DNA of 64,000 nucleotides from Puniceicoccales bacterium (lineage in GTDB: Bacteria > Verrucomicrobiota > Verrucomicrobiia > Opitutales > JAIRLM01): positions 503 to 64,502 of the forward strand of contig JAITKJ010000026.1 in the NCBI GenBank assembly GCA_031278455.1, in the 5' to 3' direction. Below are positions 56,624-64,000 of this stretch, piece after piece. The translations under genes and the position numbers were made by a program. Position 1 is the first letter of the stretch. Each line of letters opens with the position of its first letter. The notes beneath the pieces are model-generated. The model saw only the letters and a list, made by a program, of their open reading frames with translations, searched no databases and had not been told where the DNA came from.

Positions 56624-58288
56624 CTATGATCTCGCGCGTCGTCCTGCTTCATACACATCCTTCGGAAGAATCTGTTCAGCAATGAGGGGAAGCCCCGTAT
56701 GGCTTGCGGTGTTTTGCGTAAATTGATTCGTGCGCCCGGTGGCCATACGTCCATCATCCATAAGCATGCGTAATTTACGAAGGGCCGCTATAACTAATTC
56801 CGGGGGTGCATTTTCCCACGAGGACACCACATTTTCCAATATATCAATCGCGCGGTCAATGCCATAGAGATTTATGAATTCAACAAATTCTTCCGGTGAA
56901 AGATTTACTACAAAAAGCTCTACCCCACTGCATTGCCACCCACCTTCATGAGCCTCAGCATACTCCTTTACATGTTGGACGTCAGATGGAGAGAATAGAA
57001 ATCTATGAGGCCATCCGGAACCTTTTTCCTTCGCAGCAGATGCGATTCTAGCAAAAAGGCGAAGTGGGATATTTTTAAAAAGGGCGATTTTTTCTGCGAC
57101 AGCTTCCGATGCACGCCCTAAGATTCTTACCATATCTTTTGGACGACTCCACATATGGTAATACGCCTCCCAATTGTTGTTAATGTCCTCTGGCTTTTTC
57201 GATAAGCATGCGGCAGCCTCTCCTGGGTCCATACCACACAAAACATGGGCACGCCCCCTCTCAGACCCGCGAAGCAAACCCATGGCCGCCGAATTTTGCG
57301 CAAAAACCTTGGCTGCGACTTCGGCTGGCAGCGCCCCCAGTATGGCCCAAGCATCAACGACTGGCCACCCTCCATCGTTGCATGGAAATGGTTTGTAAGG
57401 GGCCTCACTGTCGCACAACTCGAGCCATACCTGCACGTTTTCAGGGGGACTCCACCTACCTCTGGCGACAATATTTTCCTGCAAAGAAACCGCAATTTTC
57501 CTTGCTTTATCCGGGTTTTGGATATATACAGATCGTAAAACTGACAAATATGTATTAGACGTTTTTTTGCTCAAACATTTAAGCGCACATTCCTCCTTGG
57601 CGCTATCACTACCCTGGAGCCATATTGCCATAAGAATTTCGGACGGCCCGGCCAAATCGCCCTTCCGAGTTTTTTCTGCTTCATATTCTTTTGTTAGGCT
57701 GACCTCAATATCGCGTAGCAATTGCGGGTTTTTTGGCTTTATCTCGTTAAAAATTAGCGGAAGTAATGCAACCTCACGTTCTAGTTCAGCGCGATATTGC
57801 GGCCACGCATCACCTAGACTGAGAATATCAGACACCATGTTTTGGACACACTCCCGATCAGATGAATCTACCCGCGGAAGGTAATCACCATCAATCGGCG
57901 CCATATTAGTCGTATCGAGAGCCCTCGCTTGATCTGATTGTCGGGCCTCATCGCCAATTGGCGCTGTGCCTTGATGGCCAGAACCAGTCGCCGAGTCAGT
58001 ATTCTGCGCTTGATCTGGTTGTCGGGCCGCATCACCAATTGGCGCTGCGCCTTGATGTCCAGAACCAGTCGCCGAGTCAGTATTCTGCGCTTGATCTGGT
58101 TGTCGGGCCGCAATGACGAATGTCAAAAATCTTGGCAGGTGCAACCATGCAGCGAGCCGGTTCCAAATTCTTGCTGCGAACCGTATAAGTACGCACACGC
58201 ATTCGACAAGAAATCCAACTGCAGTTATGGCATAATTCCGCACAGATACAGCAAAACGAGATGAAGCACCAACGATCGCAGTAACCAT
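56624..58288 (-). CDS. hypothetical protein with 27-aa tandem repeats (554 aa)
   Basis: N-terminal hydrophobic segment (YAITAVGFLVECVCVLIRFAA). Then ARQPDQAQNTDSATGSGHQG(A/T)APIGD(A/E) in 2 full copies plus a degenerate third. The remaining roughly 400 aa have no recognisable motif. Confidence 0.6.
   Translation of the reverse strand: MVTAIVGASSRFAVSVRNYAITAVGFLVECVCVLIRFAARIWNRLAAWLHLPRFLTFVIAARQPDQAQNTDSATGSGHQGAAPIGDAARQPDQAQNTDSATGSGHQGTAPIGDEARQSDQARALDTTNMAPIDGDYLPRVDSSDRECVQNMVSDILSLGDAWPQYRAELEREVALLPLIFNEIKPKNPQLLRDIEVSLTKEYEAEKTRKGDLAGPSEILMAIWLQGSDSAKEECALKCLSKKTSNTYLSVLRSVYIQNPDKARKIAVSLQENIVARGRWSPPENVQVWLELCDSEAPYKPFPCNDGGWPVVDAWAILGALPAEVAAKVFAQNSAAMGLLRGSERGRAHVLCGMDPGEAAACLSKKPEDINNNWEAYYHMWSRPKDMVRILGRASEAVAEKIALFKNIPLRLFARIASAAKEKGSGWPHRFLFSPSDVQHVKEYAEAHEGGWQCSGVELFVVNLSPEEFVEFINLYGIDRAIDILENVVSSWENAPPELVIAALRKLRMLMDDGRMATGRTNQFTQNTASHTGLPLIAEQILPKDVYEAGRRARS
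57926..58111. repeat. 81-bp tandem repeat, 2.3 copies
   Basis: Units start at 57926, 58007 and 58088. The first two units differ at 5 of 81 positions. The array is in frame (27 codons) within the 56624..58288 gene. Confidence 0.9.
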
Positions 58289-58329
58289 TAACTATACTCG
58301 TATTGGCTTTGTTATAAAATGCAAGAAAT

Positions 58330-59082
58330 TTCGAATGCTTGCGTGGAAAATTTCATCAAACTATTTGCAAATCTGTTCATGGAGAGGATTGAGCACCCAA
58401 TCGTAGAGGATCATTACCCCGCGGGTAATGGATACGATGCGCAATATGGTGGTTCATATTGCCTCAAAAATCCGCAAATCCGTATCAAACCTTTTGTTCG
58501 GATGCGGCAGATCTCCGCGGAAGGCAATCGATTTACCGGAAGGAGATGGAAAAGTTTGCGAAGGATTGCGGGAAGTTGATTGTTGAACTACGCTAATTCG
58601 GCGCGGCCATGAAAAACAGTTAGATTGGCCGTCGAAAGACCTGGCAACGCTGGAGGCAGTAACTCAAACTGCCCATGGTATGGGATTTCCTGATCCGAAA
58701 ACTTTTCCGGCAACCCAATCCTCATTCCGCTTTGCCAGGCCTAAATCATCCATAACCAGTTTTTGCTGCCATGGTTAGGCAGACGGCATCCGAGAATAGT
58801 ATGGGGTCATCCTCAGACATTGTGCAGATAAATTTTTGGTATTCTTTCGCAGAGGCCTACTCTACTGGATCTTCCAATCGCACTTAAGACAACATTTCGG
58901 CCCGCCAGAATTTAGCGTGAGCTTTTTGTCGCTTATGCATATTCACGGACATGACAATTGATGGGCTCATTATCTCAAAGCAGCGTTTTCGCAATATCCC
59001 GATGGGACCATCCGCCATCGGCCATCAAAACCGCCTTGATGCGGTCGGCAACAGGGTTTTGTGGATACAGACAATTTGGCAT
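58330..59082 (-). pseudogene. IS630/Tc1-mariner family transposase remnant
   Basis: The minus-strand translation gives an HTH part, ADRIKAVLMADGGWSHRDIAKTLL*DNEPINCHVREYA* (58933..59082). Further down is VMILYDWVLNPLHEQICK* (58361..58440), which matches the YSPxLNPIExxWxxxK catalytic-region motif. There are multiple stops and frame changes between them. Confidence 0.55.
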
Positions 59083-59118
59083 CTTGCGATCTAGTAAAAT
59101 TTCAGAACCTTGGCCGGG

Positions 59119-60015
59119 ATGGCCGATTTGCTGCTTATCGATGGGCACAATATTATTTTTCGCGCATTTTACGGCATAAAACCACTTTCGCGGAGGGATG
59201 GATTCCCTGTGAATGCAATCTATGGCTGGGTCAAAACCATATGGCGCTTACAGGACCTGGTTCGGCCGCAAAAGACCTTTGCGTTCTTTGACCTGGGAAA
59301 ATCCACTGCGCGCCTGGAAATTTATCCTGAATATAAGGCGAATCGGGCACCAACACCGAAGGATCTGCAGAAACAGATCTTGCCCATTTTGGAAATTAGC
59401 AAGACCATGGGAATTGGCGTCCTCATGGAGGAAAACGTTGAAGCCGACGACTTCCTTGCCTCCTTCGCCGTTCAACAGGCAGAAGCCGGGGCCTCCGTTG
59501 CCGTCGCAAGTGCGGACAAGGATTTTACCCAAATTATCGGAGGCTCGATTGTTCAATGGACCCCAGTGGTTACACCGTTAAAGAGCGATTGGCAACCCAT
59601 GGATAGCGAACGGGTCATGGCAAAGTGGGGAATCCCGCCAGAAGCGATGGTGGATTTTTTGAGTCTCGTGGGCGATGTGGCGGATAACATCCGTGGAATA
59701 CGCCGAGTTGGCGCGAAAACAGCCGGCAGGTTACTGCGACAGTATGGGTCAATCGATGGCATTTTGGCGCACGCCAACGAGCTACCAGCGGAACTTCACA
59801 ATCAACTTCATCAGGACGAAGAACTTTTGCGACGGAACCAGCGACTTGTCCGCTTTAACCTCTCGGCGGAACCTTTGATTTTGGAAGTGCCCGCCCGGCG
59901 GAATGATGATTTCTACAAGCTTCTACTGAAATATGAGTTGCCTTCCCTAATGCAGACGGCGATGGAACGGGATAGTTGTGTTAGCCAGGCACTGCTGTCG
60001 TGGGTGGAGGATTGA
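59119..60015 (+). CDS. stand-alone 5'-3' exonuclease (Pol I N-terminal domain / FEN-like)
   Basis: MADLLLIDGHNIIFRAFYG, YPEYKANR, VEADDF, SADKDFTQI, and H3TH LVGDVADNIRGIRRVGAKTAGRLL. Only about 300 aa, with no polymerase domain. Confidence 0.85.
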   Translation: MADLLLIDGHNIIFRAFYGIKPLSRRDGFPVNAIYGWVKTIWRLQDLVRPQKTFAFFDLGKSTARLEIYPEYKANRAPTPKDLQKQILPILEISKTMGIGVLMEENVEADDFLASFAVQQAEAGASVAVASADKDFTQIIGGSIVQWTPVVTPLKSDWQPMDSERVMAKWGIPPEAMVDFLSLVGDVADNIRGIRRVGAKTAGRLLRQYGSIDGILAHANELPAELHNQLHQDEELLRRNQRLVRFNLSAEPLILEVPARRNDDFYKLLLKYELPSLMQTAMERDSCVSQALLSWVED

Positions 60016-60202
60016 TTTTGGGGCCAAGAACATGGCGTTTGTCTGGCGGATTTTGCAGAAAGTTCAGTATGCTTATATCGCACGAAATACGAACCTCAGA
60101 GTGTTCATTTCGCCTTCGCACAGGGTTCGCCATTGACAGCGGCGCCGCAGGGTGCTGCCGTTAAAAAAATATTGGGGTCGTCGACCAAGTGGCGGAGGAA
60201 GA

Positions 60203-62992
60203 ATGAAAAAAGCAGTTAATTTACCCGAGACAAATTTCCCGCTGCGCGCATCCGCAGCAATCCGTGAACCAGCGCGCATTCGCCATTGGCAGGAAATTGA
60301 CCTCTATGGCCGGATTCAAAAATCGCATGCCAACGACCCGCTTTTCATCTTGCACGACGGTCCTCCATTTACGAATGGCGACGTACACATCGGCACCGCG
60401 CTCAATAAGGTACTCAAGGATATCATCATCCGCTATAAGACCATGCGTGGGTTTCGCGCACCGTACGTTCCCGGATGGGACTGCCACGGACTGCCCATCG
60501 AGCACAAGGTGGTGCGGCAGATGCACGGGGAAAGGGAAACGCTGACCATCCTCCAATTGCGCCGGCGGTGTGCGGAGTTTTCCCGGGAATATAGTCAAAA
60601 GCAGCGCAAACAGTTCGAGCGCTTGGGTTTGCTCGCCGACTGGGCCCATGAGTATCGCACCATGGATCCGGCCTACGAGGCATCGATCATGGAATTTTTT
60701 GCCCGCTGCGTGGATCAGAACCTGGTCTATCGCAGCAAGCGGCCGGTTTACTGGTCCATTCCTTGCCGCACGGCGCTGGCGGAGGCGGAGGTGGAATACA
60801 AGGAAATCAGCAATTTGTCCATTTGGGTGAAATTCACCCTGGCGGATGCGGACCGGGAAAATTTGGGCCTGCCACTTCCCACATTTATCATCATTTGGAC
60901 AACCACGCCGTGGACACTGCCTTCAAACCTGGCCGTTGCCGTTAATGGAGAATTTTCCTACGTGGGCCTGCGATACGGAGATGAAATTTACATGGTCGAA
61001 GCCTCTTCGGCGCAGCGATTTATGGCAGATTGCCAGCTGGATGGGGCGGTGCCCGTGGCGCAATTTTCCGGAGCCCAGTTGGCGGGGATAAGCGTACGGC
61101 ATCCATTCATCGATCGCATGGGCCGGGTGCTCGCCGCTGACTTTGTAACTAACGACACTGGAACGGGTTGCGTTCACATCGCCCCGGGACACGGCATGGA
61201 GGACTACATTTTAGGCACCAGGAACGGATTGGAAGCCTATAGCCCGATCGGAGACGACGGGTGTTATGTGGCCGACGGGTGCATCCCCGGGGGATTGGTG
61301 GGTGTTTCCGTGCTCAATGCGAATGGAAAATGTGCCGCGGACGATGCGGTTATCGAAATACTTCGCCGGCGGTCGGCCCTGGTCCACGCGCAACCCATAC
61401 GCCACTCCTATCCCCATTGTTGGCGGTCCAAAAGTCCGGTTATCTTCCGGGCCATGGATCAATGGTTTATCCGCATGGACCACAATGGTTTGCGCCAGCG
61501 AGTTTTGGACGCCATCGGACAAGTGCAGTGGATTCCTGCCTGGGGTGAAAATCGCATCCGCGGCGCCGTTGAGGCCCGACCCGATTGGTGCATCAGCCGG
61601 CAGCGCTGCTGGGGCACACCCATTCCCGTATTTTTCGACGAATCCGGGAACGCCCTCCTGGACGGCGATGTGGTTCGATGGGTTGCAGAAAAATTTCGCA
61701 AATTTGGCTCCGATTGTTGGTTTGAGAAATCCGCCGAAGAAATCCTGGCCGGCGTTTCCCTGCCGACCGAATGGCGGGGAAAAAAATTACGCGCCGGAAC
61801 GGACACATTGGACGTGTGGATTGACTCCGGCTCCAGTGGCCGCGCGGTTTTACGGGCACAACCGGGCCAACGCTTCCCGGCGGACATTTACGTGGAGGGC
61901 AGCGACCAACATCGCGGCTGGTTCCAATCCTCCCTCTGGTGCAGCATGATCGACTGCGGCCAACCACCTTACAGGACGATTCTTACCCATGGGTTCATCG
62001 TGGGCGAGGATAGAAAAAAGGTCTCCAAGAGCAACGACGGCAAGCCGCAGACCTCCGATGGCTACGTGGAAACCTATGGTACGGACGTGATCCGCCTGTG
62101 GATTTCTTCGGAGGACTTCCGCAACGACATCACCGTTTCCGACGGCATTTTACAGCACGTGGTGGCCGCCTACGCAACCATCCGAAATACCCTGCGCTAC
62201 CAGCTGGGCAATTTGCGCGATTTCGACCCAGCCCGGGATGCAATTGCGCATGGGGAAATGCCGGCCATTGACCGCTGGGCATTGGAAAAAATGCGCCAAT
62301 TGTTGGAAAATGTGACGGATGCTTATGAAAAATATGAATTTCACCGAATTTATCGTTCGGTGTTAAATTTCTGCACTGTAACGCTTTCTGCCACATACCA
62401 CGACATTTTGAAGGATCGGCTGTACACCCTGGGTGCCCATTGGAAGGATCGGCGTTCGGCACAAACGGTTATGCGCGAAATTCTTATGGCGCTCATCGCC
62501 GTGCTGCTGCCCATCATCCCATTTACCGCTGACGAAGCCTACGCGCATCTGCAATCGAACGGCGATTTCGCGCCCCAATCGGCTCATTTACTCCCCTGGC
62601 CAAAGACCGAGCCATTTGCCGGGAATGAAAAAATTGCCGGGGATGTGGACCGATTATTGGACGTGCGCACGGAAGTATACAAGGAATTGGAATTGGCCAG
62701 GCAGCGGAAGGATTTGGGAAAATCCCTTGAAGCGGCGGTAACTTTGAAGATTTCGCGGAAGCACGCGGATCGTGGTCTGTTGGAACACTATAGGGATGAC
62801 TTGGCGGAGATTTTCATCGTATCACAGGTGGAGCTTCTTGAAGGCGATGGTGACGCGTTAAATGTATCCGTGGCGCGAGCCGGTGGCGAGCGCTGTTTCC
62901 GTTGCTGGCGTTGGATTGCGGACGGGACCACGCTGGAAGACGGCCACTATTGCCCTCGCTGTCTGCGCGTTCTTGGGGAGAGTAACCGGTGA
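60203..62992 (+). CDS. ileS: isoleucine--tRNA ligase (bacterial type 1, C-terminal zinc finger)
   Basis: PPFTNGDVHIGTALNK (HIGH region), a CP1 editing domain with TTPWTLPSN, KVSKS (KMSKS region), and C-terminal CFRCWRW...CPRC. ATG at 60203 has GGAGG upstream. Confidence 0.9.
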   Translation: MKKAVNLPETNFPLRASAAIREPARIRHWQEIDLYGRIQKSHANDPLFILHDGPPFTNGDVHIGTALNKVLKDIIIRYKTMRGFRAPYVPGWDCHGLPIEHKVVRQMHGERETLTILQLRRRCAEFSREYSQKQRKQFERLGLLADWAHEYRTMDPAYEASIMEFFARCVDQNLVYRSKRPVYWSIPCRTALAEAEVEYKEISNLSIWVKFTLADADRENLGLPLPTFIIIWTTTPWTLPSNLAVAVNGEFSYVGLRYGDEIYMVEASSAQRFMADCQLDGAVPVAQFSGAQLAGISVRHPFIDRMGRVLAADFVTNDTGTGCVHIAPGHGMEDYILGTRNGLEAYSPIGDDGCYVADGCIPGGLVGVSVLNANGKCAADDAVIEILRRRSALVHAQPIRHSYPHCWRSKSPVIFRAMDQWFIRMDHNGLRQRVLDAIGQVQWIPAWGENRIRGAVEARPDWCISRQRCWGTPIPVFFDESGNALLDGDVVRWVAEKFRKFGSDCWFEKSAEEILAGVSLPTEWRGKKLRAGTDTLDVWIDSGSSGRAVLRAQPGQRFPADIYVEGSDQHRGWFQSSLWCSMIDCGQPPYRTILTHGFIVGEDRKKVSKSNDGKPQTSDGYVETYGTDVIRLWISSEDFRNDITVSDGILQHVVAAYATIRNTLRYQLGNLRDFDPARDAIAHGEMPAIDRWALEKMRQLLENVTDAYEKYEFHRIYRSVLNFCTVTLSATYHDILKDRLYTLGAHWKDRRSAQTVMREILMALIAVLLPIIPFTADEAYAHLQSNGDFAPQSAHLLPWPKTEPFAGNEKIAGDVDRLLDVRTEVYKELELARQRKDLGKSLEAAVTLKISRKHADRGLLEHYRDDLAEIFIVSQVELLEGDGDALNVSVARAGGERCFRCWRWIADGTTLEDGHYCPRCLRVLGESNR

Positions 62993-64000
62993 AGGCGTGC
63001 CCATTTGATTTTCAGCGGTTTATCGATGGCTGGGTCCGCGAGATTGCCGTTTCCCGATGTCATTTGTCCGAGGACTTCGACCCACAAATTCTTCCGTCTG
63101 AACCCCGTTTTGGCGATTTTCAGTGCAATGGCATCTTTGCCCACGCCAAGCGGAATGGTGTCGTGCCTCGGCAATTGGCCGAGCAGGTAATGAAGGCACT
63201 CCAGGCCTCGGATGGTGCACAGCTGTTTGATTTATCACTAGCTGGAGCGGGGTTCATTAATTTCAAAATAGCCATTTCCGCTGTTGAAATCTGGTTGGAA
63301 ACCTATGCATCCGAAGAAGATTTTTGCAAAGCCGCCGGGGACCTGTCGGGGAAAACCGTCGTCGTGGATTACTCCTGCCCAAACACTGCCAAGCAGATGC
63401 ATGTGGGCCACCTGCGATCCATGGTCATCGGCGATGCCATTGCCAATCTGCTCGAATTTTTTGGCGCTCGTGTGATCCGCGACAATCACCTGGGCGACTG
63501 GGGGACCCAGTTCGGCATTCTTCTCATGCAGCTGCGCGAGGAAAAAATTCAGTTGGAAAATTTGTCTCCCGATGAAGCCCTTGAATGCCTGGAAAACGTC
63601 TATCGACGCGGAACTCAGGCGACGCAGGTCTCCGAAGGCGCCATGGAACGGGCCAGGGCGGAATTGGTCGCGTTGCAAAATGGTGATCCGGAACACGTTG
63701 CCATCTGGAAATGGATCAACACCGTTTCCTATGCGTCGTTCCAGGAAATTTACGACCTCGCGCGGATTAAATTCGACCACGTACTTGGCGAATCCTTCTA
63801 TCGAGACAAAGTCAGCCGGGTTTGTGACGAACTTTCCCAATGCGGCATCGCAGAGGAAGATGAAGGCGCACTTGTTGTATTCCATCGAAACCATCAGCGC
63901 TTTTGCCGGCAGCCGTTCATCATTCGCAAGCGGGATGGGGCGTCCAATTACGCCACGACAGACCTGGCAACGGTGCTCTACCGCCGAGAAGAATGGCATT
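62989..64000 (+). CDS. argS: arginine--tRNA ligase, 3' end outside the window
   Basis: Absent from the ORF track because it has no stop in the window. My translation from GTG 62989, which overlaps the ileS TGA, reads ...PRFGDFQCNG...LAGAGFINFKI...VVVDYSCPNTAKQMHVGHLRSMVIGDAI...DWGTQFG...ASNYATTDLA. Confidence 0.85.
   Translation, partial: MKACPFDFQRFIDGWVREIAVSRCHLSEDFDPQILPSEPRFGDFQCNGIFAHAKRNGVVPRQLAEQVMKALQASDGAQLFDLSLAGAGFINFKIAISAVEIWLETYASEEDFCKAAGDLSGKTVVVDYSCPNTAKQMHVGHLRSMVIGDAIANLLEFFGARVIRDNHLGDWGTQFGILLMQLREEKIQLENLSPDEALECLENVYRRGTQATQVSEGAMERARAELVALQNGDPEHVAIWKWINTVSYASFQEIYDLARIKFDHVLGESFYRDKVSRVCDELSQCGIAEEDEGALVVFHRNHQRFCRQPFIIRKRDGASNYATTDLATVLYRREEWH

Noticed and set aside
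58319-58579. 86-aa plus-strand ORF
   Set aside because: It is antisense to the region whose minus-strand translation carries the IS630-type YSPxLNPIE-like motif. It has no SD and no family resemblance.
63238-63999. 253-aa ORF on the minus strand
   Set aside because: It lies entirely antisense to a plus-strand frame that translates into an unmistakable ArgS (HVGHLRS, DWGTQFG). It has no motifs of its own.

Overview
This 64-kb window is mostly densely packed, conserved bacterial housekeeping genes on both strands. There are no rRNA genes, no CRISPR array and no intact mobile element.

Recognisable genes:
- Replication and repair: recA, mutS, a type IA topoisomerase (topo III-like), and a stand-alone 5'-3' exonuclease.
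- Translation and RNA modification: def, rpsU, rsmG, mnmE, mnmG, lysS, ileS, a 3'-truncated argS that is missing from the ORF track, an ABC-F ATPase and a TrmH-family methyltransferase.
- Envelope: lptB, an lptF/G-type permease, cdsA, fabD, a class B PBP, three beta-barrel outer-membrane proteins (one a 1602-aa autotransporter) and a BatD/BatE-like pair.
- Transport and metabolism: a Trp/Tyr beta-eliminating lyase, an HAAAP aromatic amino-acid permease, a DAACS symporter, thiamine pyrophosphokinase, and HAD and nucleotidyltransferase genes.
- RNA genes: tRNA-Pro(CGG), tRNA-Leu(CAA), tRNA-Ser(UGA) and a tmRNA.

Several features are what I would expect from a PVC / Chlamydiae-like organism. These are a roughly 620-aa GreA with a long N-terminal extension, a McsB-type arginine kinase, cysteine-rich beta-barrels, and a small protein with a bilobed hydrophobic domain. 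That taxonomic reading is inference only.

I did not find a convincing complete multi-gene system of a new kind. The most unusual loci are:
1. A single coiled-coil/TM gene containing 8 x 21-bp in-frame tandem repeats. It is bracketed by 52-bp direct repeats, and the repeat core recurs elsewhere in the window.
2. A decayed region next to tRNA-Leu containing a roughly 250-codon frame interrupted only by TGA codons.
3. Two apparently catalytically dead enzymes: a haloalkane-dehalogenase-like fold lacking its nucleophile and catalytic His, and a HIT protein lacking the histidine triad.
4. A 554-aa protein with 81-bp tandem repeats, lying next to an IS630-family transposase remnant.

All coordinates and motifs were read by eye from the sequence. 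No database searches were run.
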